Positions 15,530 through 25,130 of a stretch of DNA of 64,000 nucleotides are shown here, piece by piece. The stretch lies in sequence record MN882542; one strand, given 5' to 3'. This DNA is from Escherichia phage JN01. A program made the translations under genes and the position numbers. Position 1 is the first letter of the stretch. Each line of letters opens with the position of its first letter. A model generated the notes under the pieces. It was not told the DNA's origin. It worked only from the letters and a program-made list of their open reading frames with translations, and did no database searches.

Positions 15530-15605
15530 AGTCCAAGTAGCTTATATGGTTAAAGCGCGTGTCTGAAAAACATGAGAAGAGGGTTCAAATCCCACTGGAC
15601 TACCA
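15530..15605 (+). tRNA. tRNA-Phe (anticodon GAA)
   Basis: Anticodon arm CGTGT-CTGAAAA-ACATG; T-loop GGGTTCAAATCCC; CCA encoded. Confidence 0.65.
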
Positions 15606-15621
15606 ATTTCAAAGGTGCTTA

Positions 15622-16356
15622 ATGAAAGAGATGACAGAACAAGGTAAGGAGATTTTTAGTCTCTTAAAAACCGGTAGAGGGTTTTCTAATCCCCTTATTA
15701 CTGGTGCAGCAGTTCTCGGTGGAACCGTAGCTGCCTCTACATCACTTGTAAGCTCTATTAGCTCTGTAGCAGACCCTACAATAAAGGATAAACTTGTTGC
15801 TGCTGGACTTACAACAGTTCTGCTTAATAGCTTTACAACGAGTCTGACAAGCACTACATCAACTACTAAGACACTGACAGATTACGGTCAAAAGTCCATT
15901 GATGAGTTTTCATCACGTATGCAGGTAGCAAAAGGGTATTCCAATGTTATGGGTGCAGCAGGAGAGCAAGTTGGTTGTACACCATTTAGTGGTATTATGG
16001 GTGTTGCTACAGAGTACGGTCAAAAAGCTATTGACACAATTAACAGTACACTAGACGGTGTTAATGATGTATTAAGTGACTTACAAGATGCTATTGATAA
16101 AGGTCTTGATACTGTTTCTGATTTAGCTAACCAAGCTGTTAGCAAGATTAATGAAGGTATCTCGAAGATTACAGCTTATGCAGATGAAGTTGTGCAGATG
16201 ATTGAAGAAGAAGCTGCCCTTATTGCAGAGTACCTTAAAACGAATATCAATGGGTTCTTAGCAGGTATCTTACCAGACTGGTTTGATGATGCTTGTAAAA
16301 CTGGTGTAATTGATACTATTGCAACACCAGAAATGAAGAACGCATTACAGAAATAA
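15622..16356 (+). CDS. hypothetical Ser/Thr-rich protein with N-terminal hydrophobic segment, flanked by tRNAs
   Basis: Track start overlaps tRNA-Phe, so start moved to ATG 15622; stop abuts tRNA-Ser; hydrophobic LITGAAVLGGTVAASTSLV. Confidence 0.5.
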   Translation: MKEMTEQGKEIFSLLKTGRGFSNPLITGAAVLGGTVAASTSLVSSISSVADPTIKDKLVAAGLTTVLLNSFTTSLTSTTSTTKTLTDYGQKSIDEFSSRMQVAKGYSNVMGAAGEQVGCTPFSGIMGVATEYGQKAIDTINSTLDGVNDVLSDLQDAIDKGLDTVSDLANQAVSKINEGISKITAYADEVVQMIEEEAALIAEYLKTNINGFLAGILPDWFDDACKTGVIDTIATPEMKNALQK

Positions 16357-16357
16357 T

Positions 16358-16450
16358 GGAAGATTAACCCTAAAAGGTAAGGGAGCAGTTTGCTAAACTG
16401 CCAGTAGCTGAGAAATCGGTGTACCAGTTCAAGTCTGGTATCTTCCTCCA
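16358..16450 (+). tRNA. tRNA-Ser (anticodon GCT), long variable arm
   Basis: 93 nt; perfect acceptor GGAAGAT/ATCTTCC; anticodon arm GCAGT-TTGCTAA-ACTGC; CCA encoded. Confidence 0.75.
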
Positions 16451-16454
16451 ATTT

Positions 16455-16530
16455 GAATCCGTGACAGAAATGGCTATGTACCTGTCTGCAAAACAGGTTT
16501 ATAAGGGTTCGAGTCCCTTCGGATTCTCCA
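16455..16530 (+). tRNA. tRNA-Cys (anticodon GCA)
   Basis: Perfect acceptor GAATCCG/CGGATTC; perfect anticodon stem CCTGT/ACAGG with loop CTGCAAA; CCA encoded. Confidence 0.8.
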
Positions 16531-16569
16531 AGTTATTTTACTCTCTCTCTCAATTAAAATAATAATAAT

Positions 16570-16630
16570 GCCCTGCTATAAGTATTCTTCCTTTCGCTAC
16601 CGAAGAGTATTTTTAGACAGGGCTTTTTTA
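16570..16630 (+). terminator. terminator-like structure after the tRNA array
   Basis: Outer stem GCCCTG/CAGGGC around an inner imperfect hairpin, followed by TTTTTT. Confidence 0.45.
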
Positions 16631-16694
16631 CAGAGTTATACTTTATAAGAAGACTTATACAGTATGTCTCTGACGTACATTGTGGTTTCTCCTT

Positions 16695-16718
16695 GACGGT
16701 CTCTGTACCGTCTTTTTT
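16695..16718 (+). terminator. rho-independent terminator
   Basis: GACGGT-CTCTGT-ACCGTC followed by TTTTTT. Confidence 0.55.
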
Positions 16719-16754
16719 AAGGAGAAACATGGTTAATTATTTGGAGAAAACATA

Positions 16755-16955
16755 ATGAGCGAGACCGTTTATAAAGAACTTTATGAAGCTAATAAGAAGC
16801 TAGAATTTATGCAGAACACTATCATGGCAATTGCAGACAGATTGTCTGTAGCAACAGGTATTGATATCAAAGAAGCCTCTATGGATGCACTTCTTGATGC
16901 TGTTGATGCAAAGTTCGAAGTTAAGAAAGAAGAGACTGCTACAGACTCTGAATAA
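16755..16955 (+). CDS. hypothetical small protein upstream of terminase
   Basis: 66 aa ORF with ATG start and GGAGA Shine-Dalgarno. Confidence 0.5.
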   Translation: MSETVYKELYEANKKLEFMQNTIMAIADRLSVATGIDIKEASMDALLDAVDAKFEVKKEETATDSE

Positions 16956-16976
16956 TTCTATTTGCGGAGGTGCTTA

Positions 16977-18578
16977 ATGGACTTAAATGCTGTTAAGCAG
17001 AAGCGAGTGGAAGATGTTAGGAAAGTCCTAGCTGGAGAGTTGGGGCTTTCTGATGAAGTAAAAGAAATTATCAAATCATTCGGTAAAGACCCCTCTAAAT
17101 TCCTTCCAACTCAAATTCTGACTTTATTAAGATACACACCAGACCAAGTTAGACTTATCTTCAAATTGATGACTGATAAGAACTATGTAGCCCCTCAGCC
17201 GGGTTCTCAAGAGGTGTTTTTAAATACTAATGCTGACTTGGTTTTATATGGTGGTGCTGCTGGTGCTGGTAAAACTGCTGCATTGTTAATGGACTCTTTA
17301 AGGTTTATTGAAGACCCTAACTATAATGCTGTATATTTCCGTCGAAATACAACACAGTTACAAGGTGGTTTATGGCCTGCTGCAAAGAAACTATTTGGTA
17401 AGTTTGGTGGGGTTCCTCACGAGCAGAAGATGACTATCACATTCCCCTCTGGGGCAACTATCAAGTTCACCTACCTAGAACTTGAAAAGCACGCTGAAGG
17501 TCATCAGGGTATTGAATACTCAGCTATCTACTTTGACGAAGGTACACACTTCTCTGCTTCACAGATTTCATACCTACAGACCCGTCTACGTTCTGGTGCT
17601 GAAGGTGACTCATACATGAAGATTTCTATGAACCCAGATAGAGACCACTTCATTTATGATTGGGTAGAACCATTCTTAGATGAAGAAGGTTACCCAGACC
17701 CTGAGAAGTGCGGTCGTATTCGTTGGTATGTTATGAATGATGGTGTGATGGTTTCTGATTGGGAAAGAGACAAGATTCTTGAAATGTTCCCTCTTGAGAT
17801 TCCTCAGACATACACCTTCATCTCTGGTACGATTGATGATAACCCAATCCTTGACTTCTTAGAACCTAAATATCGTGGTAAGTTGGAAAACAACACACCT
17901 GTAAACGTTGCAAGACTTCGTTTCGGTAACTGGAAGGCTCGTGCAGAAGGTTCAAACTATTGGCAAAGACAGTGGTGTGAGATTGTTGATTCACTCCCAG
18001 AAGATGTGTTTGATGTCAGAGCATGGGACTTAGCAGCAACTTTACCATCTGAGATTAACCCTAATCCAGACTGGACAGCGGGTGTTAAGATGGGTAAATC
18101 TAAAAAAGACGGTTGCTATTATATCATTGATGTAGTAAGATTTAGAGATAGACCCTCTGGAGTCGAAACACAAATTAATTTGACTGCTGAAAGTGACGGT
18201 AAGCGAACTGGTATTTTTATCCCTCAAGACCCAGGCGCTGCTGGTAAATCCTATGCAACATCCCTCATCAGGAAACTTGCCGAGAAAGGTTATCGCGCAA
18301 GAGCTAAACCAACAAATAAAGATAAAGTTACCCGCTTTGCGGGATTTTCTGCTGCTTCTGAAGCTGGACTTGTAAAAGTCTTGAGAGGTAGCTGGAACGA
18401 AGCTTACTTCCAAGAACTTGAAGGTTTTTGTGGTGATGGCAAAACTAAAGATGACCAAGTGGATGCTACCAGTGATGCTTTCAACAGTCTTAACGAAGTT
18501 AAATTATTCAAGCCACCATCAATGGGTGCTCATACAGACTTAGTGAGAGGAAACCCATATGAGGGGCTTAGACGTTGA
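16977..18578 (+). CDS. terminase large subunit
   Basis: Walker A-like LYGGAAGAGKTAALL; about 530 aa; immediately upstream of the portal; start at ATG 16977 after GCGGAGG. Confidence 0.85.
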   Translation: MDLNAVKQKRVEDVRKVLAGELGLSDEVKEIIKSFGKDPSKFLPTQILTLLRYTPDQVRLIFKLMTDKNYVAPQPGSQEVFLNTNADLVLYGGAAGAGKTAALLMDSLRFIEDPNYNAVYFRRNTTQLQGGLWPAAKKLFGKFGGVPHEQKMTITFPSGATIKFTYLELEKHAEGHQGIEYSAIYFDEGTHFSASQISYLQTRLRSGAEGDSYMKISMNPDRDHFIYDWVEPFLDEEGYPDPEKCGRIRWYVMNDGVMVSDWERDKILEMFPLEIPQTYTFISGTIDDNPILDFLEPKYRGKLENNTPVNVARLRFGNWKARAEGSNYWQRQWCEIVDSLPEDVFDVRAWDLAATLPSEINPNPDWTAGVKMGKSKKDGCYYIIDVVRFRDRPSGVETQINLTAESDGKRTGIFIPQDPGAAGKSYATSLIRKLAEKGYRARAKPTNKDKVTRFAGFSAASEAGLVKVLRGSWNEAYFQELEGFCGDGKTKDDQVDATSDAFNSLNEVKLFKPPSMGAHTDLVRGNPYEGLRR

Positions 18579-18594
18579 TAGCTAGGTGAGAAGA

Positions 18595-20061
18595 ATGGCA
18601 GATATTACAGAAACACAAGAAAGCTTACCACCATTTAGAATGGGTGAAGTAGGTTCTTTGGGTCTGAAGGTTAAGAATGGTAGAATCTATGAAGAACCTC
18701 GTCAGGCACTAAGGTTCCCTGAAAGTATTAAAACTTTCCAATTAATGATGCGTGACCCTGCTGTAGCAGCATCTGTAAATATTATTAAGATGTTTGTCAG
18801 AAAAGTCAACTGGAGATTCGTACCTCCAAAGGGAAAAGAGCAAGACCCTAAAATGCTTGAAAGAGCAGACTTCTTTAATTCTTTAATGGATGACATGGAG
18901 CATGATTGGGCAGATTTTATTAACTCTGTAATGTCATTCTGCACTTATGGGTTCTGTGTTAACGAAAAGGTTTATAAGAAACGTCAGGGTAAAAAAGGAA
19001 AGTATCAGTCAAAATTTGATGATGGTCTAATTGGGTGGGCTAAATTACCAATCAGAAATCAATCAACGCTTGATAAGTGGTATTTTGACGAAGACTTTAG
19101 AAAAGTTACTGGTGTCAGACAAAATCTAAGAAATGTTTCACATATTGCTGGAGCAATTAATCTTGGAGAAAGACCACTAACAAGAAAACTCCCACGAGCT
19201 AAATTCATGCTGTTTAAGTATGATGATGAGTATGGTAACCCAGAAGGTCGTTCACCATTACTTAATGCTTATGTACCGTGGAAGTATAAAGTACAGATTG
19301 AAGAGTATGAAGCTGTTGGTGTTTCAAGAGACTTAGTAGGTATGCCAAAAATTGGTTTACCACCAGACTATCTAGATGAAAATGCAGAACCTGAAAAGAA
19401 AGCTTTCGTACAATACTGCAAAACTGTTGTTAATGATATGATTGCTAATGACAGAGCAGGTTTAATCTGGCCTAGATATATCGACCCAGAAACTAAAGAG
19501 GATATCTTTGAGTTCTCATTAGTTTCTAGACAGGGTGCTAAAGCATATGATACAGGTTCTATTATTGACAGATATTCTAAGCAGATTATGATGGCATTTA
19601 TGTCAGATGTTCTTGCTATGGGTCAGTCAAAATATGGTTCATTCTCTCTTGCAGATTCTAAGACAAGCTTATTAGCAATGTCAGTAGATATTCTGCTGAA
19701 GCAAATTAAGAACGTAATTAACCGTGATTTAGTTGCACAGACTTATGCTCTTAATATGTGGGATGATGAAGAACATGTACAAATCACATATGATGATATC
19801 GAAACTCCAGACCTTGAAGCAATTGGTTCTTATATTCAGAAGACTGTTGCAGTAGGTGCTTTGGAAGTTGACAAAGAACTATCTAACAAACTTAGAGAGC
19901 ATATTGGTCTTCCTCCTGCTGATGAGTCTCAGCCAGTATCTGAAAAGCTTTCTCCGAATAGCCAAAGCCGTTCAGGAGATGGTTATAAGACCGCTGGAGA
20001 AGGTACTGCAAAGACACCTTCAGCGAAAGACCCAAGCACAGCAAATAAGGCAAATAAATAA
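18595..20061 (+). CDS. portal protein (putative)
   Basis: About 490 aa gene directly after the large terminase; start at ATG 18595 after AGGTGA; assignment by position and size. Confidence 0.6.
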   Translation: MADITETQESLPPFRMGEVGSLGLKVKNGRIYEEPRQALRFPESIKTFQLMMRDPAVAASVNIIKMFVRKVNWRFVPPKGKEQDPKMLERADFFNSLMDDMEHDWADFINSVMSFCTYGFCVNEKVYKKRQGKKGKYQSKFDDGLIGWAKLPIRNQSTLDKWYFDEDFRKVTGVRQNLRNVSHIAGAINLGERPLTRKLPRAKFMLFKYDDEYGNPEGRSPLLNAYVPWKYKVQIEEYEAVGVSRDLVGMPKIGLPPDYLDENAEPEKKAFVQYCKTVVNDMIANDRAGLIWPRYIDPETKEDIFEFSLVSRQGAKAYDTGSIIDRYSKQIMMAFMSDVLAMGQSKYGSFSLADSKTSLLAMSVDILLKQIKNVINRDLVAQTYALNMWDDEEHVQITYDDIETPDLEAIGSYIQKTVAVGALEVDKELSNKLREHIGLPPADESQPVSEKLSPNSQSRSGDGYKTAGEGTAKTPSAKDPSTANKANK

Positions 20062-20561
20062 TGGCTGAAGTTATCTCTATTTCAAATGCTACACGAGTGC
20101 ATTCGTATAGAGGTGTCCTTGTCATTACTGATAAGTTATCTGTAGAGGCTGGCTCAAGGGTCAGCCTTTCAGGTTATGTTAGTGATGGTGGAATCTCTGA
20201 CGTTTTCACTATTTGTAGGTTACTTGATGCACCAATGAGTGGAAAATCGTTTATTTCAGGAAATTGTAGTGAAATTGTTAAAATTCCATTTGACAGTTCA
20301 TGCCTTTTGGGTGTAAAGTTATATAACTGCGAGAATAAACGTGTCAATGTTAATAGCATTGAAGCCGCTTTCATTACCCTTGACACTGCATTTCAATCTC
20401 CAATGACAGTTAACAAAGAAACAAATAGACTTGAATACATTTTTTCACAAAATGATTACAAAGTACTTGTCAAAGGTAAAGTATATGATATGATTGTAAA
20501 TGTGGTAGATGAATCTGGTAACCATTCAACAGTCCTTAAACAAAAAGTAAGGTTTAATTAA
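20061..20561 (+). CDS. hypothetical head-associated protein
   Basis: TAATG coupling to the portal gene; 166 aa. Confidence 0.55.
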   Translation: MAEVISISNATRVHSYRGVLVITDKLSVEAGSRVSLSGYVSDGGISDVFTICRLLDAPMSGKSFISGNCSEIVKIPFDSSCLLGVKLYNCENKRVNVNSIEAAFITLDTAFQSPMTVNKETNRLEYIFSQNDYKVLVKGKVYDMIVNVVDESGNHSTVLKQKVRFN

Positions 20562-20893
20562 TGGGAACATTAACTATTGATGGTAAGAATAAAATCCTCG
20601 CCACGCTAACCCCAACGACTATTATTTTACACAATGTAGACCCAACGGCAGACCCTACAGCAAATAAGGTTACTCAGCCAGTGGCTATTTATTTTTCTGA
20701 ACCGGATAATGGCTTAATTGCCTCAGAAGACACAGTTAATATTACTGTCCCAGCTTCTGCAACGGTCTCACACTATAGCTTGTGGGATGCTAACGATAAA
20801 TGCGTGGCAACTGGTGCTCTTAGCAAACCTCAATTCTTTGCTGAAGAAGGTATCTATGTTATCTCTTCAGTCTCTGTAGATTTAAACAAATAG
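20561..20893 (+). CDS. hypothetical head-associated protein
   Basis: TAATG coupling; 110 aa. Confidence 0.55.
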   Translation: MGTLTIDGKNKILATLTPTTIILHNVDPTADPTANKVTQPVAIYFSEPDNGLIASEDTVNITVPASATVSHYSLWDANDKCVATGALSKPQFFAEEGIYVISSVSVDLNK

Positions 20894-20904
20894 GGTGAGT
20901 AAAA

Positions 20905-22251
20905 ATGAGTTCGAATATCTTCAGACTTGCTGATAGATTATTCAACCAACCTTTACTAGCCACTGAATCATTAGCTCACTCAGCAGCAACTTATGTGAAT
21001 AACAGATTGCTGGGTGATGTCCAAGCAGCAGTAAACTTTGATAAACCCAAAGGTGAAGCAAGAAGTCTTTTAAAAGTAAAAGATGACATTGCTATTATTC
21101 CTATTATGGGTGGTTTAACTCATCGTATGACATTCATTGATGCAATGTGTACAGGTGGTTTAAGCTCTTATGAAGGTTTACGTAGAGGCTTTGACGAAGC
21201 TTTAGCAGATGAGTCAATCAAGACTATTGTTCTGCATATTGATTCTGGTGGTGGTGAAGCTTCAGGTTGCTTTGAATTAGCACGTCACATTATGGCTTCA
21301 AGAGGCCAAAAGAAAATTATTGCTTATGTAGATGAGTTCGCTTGTTCCGCTGCATATGCTCTTGCATCTTCTGCTGAAGAAATTATTGCATCACCAGACG
21401 CAGATGTTGGTTCTATTGGTGTAATCATGGTTCATCAGGAATTGACTAAGGCATTTGAAAAGAATGGCGTAACAATTAACGTCATTAAAGCTGGTGAGTT
21501 TAAAGGTATGGGTTCACCATTCCAAGCACTTTCAGAAGAAAGCAAAGAAAGACTTCAAAAGAGAATTAATGATACCTACGCAACCTTTACAGGTTTTGTA
21601 GCTGAATCACGTAATCTCTCTGAAGAAGCTGTAAAGAATACTGAGGCGAATGTTTATTCTGCTCAGGAAGCTCTTGAACTTGGTTTAATTAACTCAATCA
21701 TGTCTCAAGATGATTTCTTAAATTACTTACAAGGTTCTGAAGAGGCTCCTGTAAGTTTAAACGTTAACAATTCAGGTGAAGAAATGACTGAACAAGAAAA
21801 GCAAGAACTAGAAGCTTTGCGTCTTCAGGTTGCTCAAATGAAAGCTAAAGAACAGGAAGCTGCTTTGTCAGATTTGACTAATAAGATTTCTGCTTCTGCT
21901 GAAGCTTTTGGATTTGATGCAAAAGAAGCTGCAACGACTATTTTAGGTGCTGGTCTTGATAACCCTCTGAGTGTTCTGTTTATGAATGCTATGGAAGGTG
22001 CTAACCAGAAACTTAATGAAACTATCGCATCCCATGCTTCTGCAATGGAAGAAAAAGAATCAGAAATTACCAAGCTGAAAGAAACTGCTGGTGCTGTTCT
22101 TGAACATTCCAACGCTATGGAAGAAGTGGGTAATGACGGCGAAGCTGATTTGGTTGAAGAAGAAAAAGAACCAGCTAAGAATGCTTCCGAAGACACCGCT
22201 GAACAACGCAAACTGGCTCTCCAGAATGCTCTAAAATCTCTTATCAAATAA
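20905..22251 (+). CDS. prohead protease (S49/SppA-like) fused to a scaffold-like coiled-coil domain
   Basis: S49 peptidase core (IIAYVDEFACSAAYALAS...GSIGVIMVH) with an Ala/Glu/Lys-rich C-terminus. Confidence 0.8.
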   Translation: MSSNIFRLADRLFNQPLLATESLAHSAATYVNNRLLGDVQAAVNFDKPKGEARSLLKVKDDIAIIPIMGGLTHRMTFIDAMCTGGLSSYEGLRRGFDEALADESIKTIVLHIDSGGGEASGCFELARHIMASRGQKKIIAYVDEFACSAAYALASSAEEIIASPDADVGSIGVIMVHQELTKAFEKNGVTINVIKAGEFKGMGSPFQALSEESKERLQKRINDTYATFTGFVAESRNLSEEAVKNTEANVYSAQEALELGLINSIMSQDDFLNYLQGSEEAPVSLNVNNSGEEMTEQEKQELEALRLQVAQMKAKEQEAALSDLTNKISASAEAFGFDAKEAATTILGAGLDNPLSVLFMNAMEGANQKLNETIASHASAMEEKESEITKLKETAGAVLEHSNAMEEVGNDGEADLVEEEKEPAKNASEDTAEQRKLALQNALKSLIK

Positions 22252-22262
22252 GGAACACAATA

Positions 22263-22640
22263 ATGGCATATCAAGGTTTTACTAAGTTAGGTAAAAGAGA
22301 ACCTCTGAATGATATCATTCTTTGGGAACAGGTTACCCCAACAGGCCACTCTCGTAAAGAGTACACCCCACAGGCATCTACAGAATATCGTGTAGGTGAA
22401 GTTCTGAAAGCAGACGGTACTAAGGTTACAGCAGGGCAAGAAGCTCAGGCTGATTCAGTATGTATCGTTAACTTTTATGCAGACCTGCAACTGTCTTATC
22501 ATGGTCAGTTGAAAGTTGTTGGTATTTACCGCGACGCAGAACTGAAAGACATGCTTACTCTTGAAGCAAGCGTTGACGCTGCCGCAGTCAAGAAAGCTCT
22601 GGCTGCCAAAGGTATTGATTTCGTACCAACTGGCCTGTAA
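22263..22640 (+). CDS. head decoration protein (putative, lambda gpD-like position)
   Basis: 125 aa gene between protease-scaffold and major capsid genes; assignment by position. Confidence 0.45.
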   Translation: MAYQGFTKLGKREPLNDIILWEQVTPTGHSRKEYTPQASTEYRVGEVLKADGTKVTAGQEAQADSVCIVNFYADLQLSYHGQLKVVGIYRDAELKDMLTLEASVDAAAVKKALAAKGIDFVPTGL

Positions 22641-22673
22641 TAACAATAATAAGACATTCTGGAGAATTTTACA

Positions 22674-23780
22674 ATGTTGACTAATTCTGAAAAAAGCAGA
22701 TTTTTCCTTGCTGACCTGACTGGTGAAGTCCAGTCTATCCCAAATACTTATGGGTATATTTCCAACTTAGGTCTGTTCCGTTCAGCACCAATCACCCAAA
22801 CTACTTTCCTTATGGACTTGACTGATTGGGATGTTAGCTTGCTTGATGCGGTAGACCGTGATAGCCGTAAAGCAGAGACTAGCGCACCTGAGCGTGTTCG
22901 TCAAATCAGCTTCCCAATGATGTACTTCAAAGAAGTTGAAAGCATTACTCCTGATGAGATTCAGGGTGTACGTCAGCCAGGCACTGCAAACGAACTGACT
23001 ACTGAAGCTGTAGTACGTGCTAAGAAGCTGATGAAGATTCGTACCAAGTTCGATATTACTCGTGAGTTCCTGTTTATGCAAGCTCTGAAGGGTAAAGTTG
23101 TTGATGCTCGTGGTACTCTGTACGCTGACCTGTACAAGCAGTTCGACGTTGAGAAGAAGACTGTTTACTTCGACCTTGCCAACCCTAATGCTGACATCGA
23201 CGCTTCTATCGAAGAACTGCGTATGCACATGGAAGACGAAGCTAAGACTGGCACTGTAATCAACGGCGAAGAAATTCACGTAGTTGTTGACCGTGTATTC
23301 TTCAGCAAACTGGTTAAGCATCCTAAGATTCGTGACGCTTATCTTGCACAGCAGACTCCGCTGGCTTGGCAACAGATTACTGGTTCTCTGAGAACTGGTG
23401 GTACTGACGGCGTTCAGGCTCATATGAACACCTTCTACTACGGTGGTGTTAAGTTTGTCCAGTACAACGGTAAGTTCAAAGACAAGCGTGGTAAGGTTCA
23501 CACTCTGGTGGGCATTGATGGTGTAGCAGCAACTGTTGGTGTTGGTCATGCTTTCCCTAACGTATCTATGCTGGGTGAAGCAAACAACATCTTCGAAGTT
23601 GCATATGGTCCATGTCCTAAGATGGGTTATGCAAATACACTTGGTCAGGAACTGTACGTATTCGAATACGAAAAAGACCGTGACGAAGGTATTGACTTCG
23701 AAGCTCACTCTTACATGCTGCCATACTGTACTCGTCCTCAGTTGCTGGTAGATGTTCGCGCTGACGCTCAAGGTGGCTGA
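22674..23780 (+). CDS. major capsid protein (lambda gpE-like family, tentative)
   Basis: 368 aa; codon usage typical of a highly expressed gene; position after protease and decoration genes. Confidence 0.8.
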   Translation: MLTNSEKSRFFLADLTGEVQSIPNTYGYISNLGLFRSAPITQTTFLMDLTDWDVSLLDAVDRDSRKAETSAPERVRQISFPMMYFKEVESITPDEIQGVRQPGTANELTTEAVVRAKKLMKIRTKFDITREFLFMQALKGKVVDARGTLYADLYKQFDVEKKTVYFDLANPNADIDASIEELRMHMEDEAKTGTVINGEEIHVVVDRVFFSKLVKHPKIRDAYLAQQTPLAWQQITGSLRTGGTDGVQAHMNTFYYGGVKFVQYNGKFKDKRGKVHTLVGIDGVAATVGVGHAFPNVSMLGEANNIFEVAYGPCPKMGYANTLGQELYVFEYEKDRDEGIDFEAHSYMLPYCTRPQLLVDVRADAQGG

Positions 23781-23800
23781 TAAACTTAGGAGGGTTATGA

Positions 23801-24250
23801 ATGTGCTATACAGGCGACCCAGCCAATAACCCTCTTGATAGAGTAAGAATCCTCTGCACAGACACCAATAATGATGAAATTCTTATTGAGCAGTCTGTGC
23901 TAGAGTGGTTCTATCTAGAATCTGGAAAGGATGAAAAGAAAGCAGCCATCAAAGCTCTTAAATATTTACTCTTTCAAGTAGCCAAGATGGGAGATGAGAA
24001 GGTTGGTGGTGTTTATTTACGTAACTCTTCCAGATTCAAATCTCTGAAAGCTGTTTATGATGACCTTGTTAAAAGCTCTGTTTCAGGACTGCCCTATGCA
24101 GGTGGTATTAATCAGTGCGATATTGACATGCGTCGTCAAAATCCTTGCTCTGTCAAGAAATACACAGAATATGGTGATGCTGCCAGATACGAAGGCAGAG
24201 ATTACTGCAACCGTGTTAATGGCGTATTTATTATCGAGCGAGATGAATAA
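23801..24250 (+). CDS. hypothetical head-tail joining protein
   Basis: AGGAGG Shine-Dalgarno 7 nt upstream of ATG; 149 aa. Confidence 0.55.
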   Translation: MCYTGDPANNPLDRVRILCTDTNNDEILIEQSVLEWFYLESGKDEKKAAIKALKYLLFQVAKMGDEKVGGVYLRNSSRFKSLKAVYDDLVKSSVSGLPYAGGINQCDIDMRRQNPCSVKKYTEYGDAARYEGRDYCNRVNGVFIIERDE

Positions 24251-24732
24251 TGGTTAAAAGGGTTATTCACCCCGCTAGAGCAAAATTAGTCGGGGCTATG
24301 AAGAACTTGCAAACGGCTAATGCTCAAGTTGGGTATTTTCAAGAACAAGGTCAACATAGCTCTGGTTTTTCTTATCCTGCTTTAATGTATTTACAAGAAG
24401 TTATTGGGGTTCCTTCAGCTTCTGGTAAAGTATATCGTAGGTTGTTTGAAATCACTATGATGCTAAACAGACAGACCTTGTTAGAGCAGACTAAGAAGAA
24501 TCTATATAAGCAACTTAGCAGTCTCAACACAGACCCTTCAAATACCTTAGAAGCATTTGCAAAGAATGCTCAGAAGGCAATTAAAAGAGGTTTTGGTAAT
24601 TCTGCTATCCTCCCTCCTAACGCACCTTCCACAGTCAAGAAAAAAGGCTTTAATGCACCTCTTGTTGAGACAGGTGACTTAAGAGATAACCTTGCTTATA
24701 AAATTTCTACTAAGAAGGGTATTAAAAAATGA
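24250..24732 (+). CDS. hypothetical head-tail protein (HK97 gp10-like motif ETGDLRDNLAYKI)
   Basis: TAATG coupling; C-terminal motif resembles tail-completion family proteins; weak. Confidence 0.45.
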   Translation: MVKRVIHPARAKLVGAMKNLQTANAQVGYFQEQGQHSSGFSYPALMYLQEVIGVPSASGKVYRRLFEITMMLNRQTLLEQTKKNLYKQLSSLNTDPSNTLEAFAKNAQKAIKRGFGNSAILPPNAPSTVKKKGFNAPLVETGDLRDNLAYKISTKKGIKK

Positions 24733-25130
24733 GGCTCTTAAACAGACACAGCTTTGTAGTAAAGCGTAAAGTCTCTGAAGACGGTTATTATAATGATGAT
24801 GGTGATTGGGTAGCTTCACAAGATATTGTAGAGGTTAACTGTAAAGGTAATATCCAGCCGTATATCAAAGGTTCTGTAAAGAATGGTACACAGATTGCTT
24901 TACCGGAAGGTATTAGGCTTACCGATACAAGAATCCTGTATACCACATATAAACTTAGAACTTCAGATGATGTAGAGTGGAATGAGTCTGATATTGTTAT
25001 GATTGATGGTCATGAGTATGAAGTATTTATGACTATGGATTGGTCACAGCAATTAGCCCATACGTCCCATTATGAATATATCATTATTAGAAGGGATAAA
25101 ATGAATGCAGTTAGAAACAGCAGAACTTGA
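24729..25130 (+). CDS. hypothetical head-tail protein
   Basis: ATGA overlap with the upstream gene; 133 aa. Confidence 0.5.
   Translation: MRLLNRHSFVVKRKVSEDGYYNDDGDWVASQDIVEVNCKGNIQPYIKGSVKNGTQIALPEGIRLTDTRILYTTYKLRTSDDVEWNESDIVMIDGHEYEVFMTMDWSQQLAHTSHYEYIIIRRDKMNAVRNSRT

Noticed and set aside
10875-16530. tRNA array as a prophage integration site with a nearby integrase
   Set aside because: No tyrosine or serine recombinase-like ORF was recognised in the window, and the tRNAs form a diverse phage-encoded set, not a single host attB tRNA
16541-16551. CT dinucleotide microsatellite
   Set aside because: Only about five units in an intergenic spacer after tRNA-Cys; too short to call functional
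18042-18458. 138 aa minus-strand ORF inside the terminase gene
   Set aside because: Antisense to the large terminase; no motifs or start context
21834-22274. 146 aa minus-strand ORF inside the protease-scaffold gene
   Set aside because: Antisense to a well-supported gene; Ala/Ser-rich mirror of the sense-strand coiled-coil region
22782-23771. 329 aa ORF on the minus strand spanning the major capsid gene
   Set aside because: It is antisense to a gene with a strong Shine-Dalgarno, highly-expressed codon usage and clear operon context; its translation is low-complexity with no motifs, so it is taken as a long antisense frame
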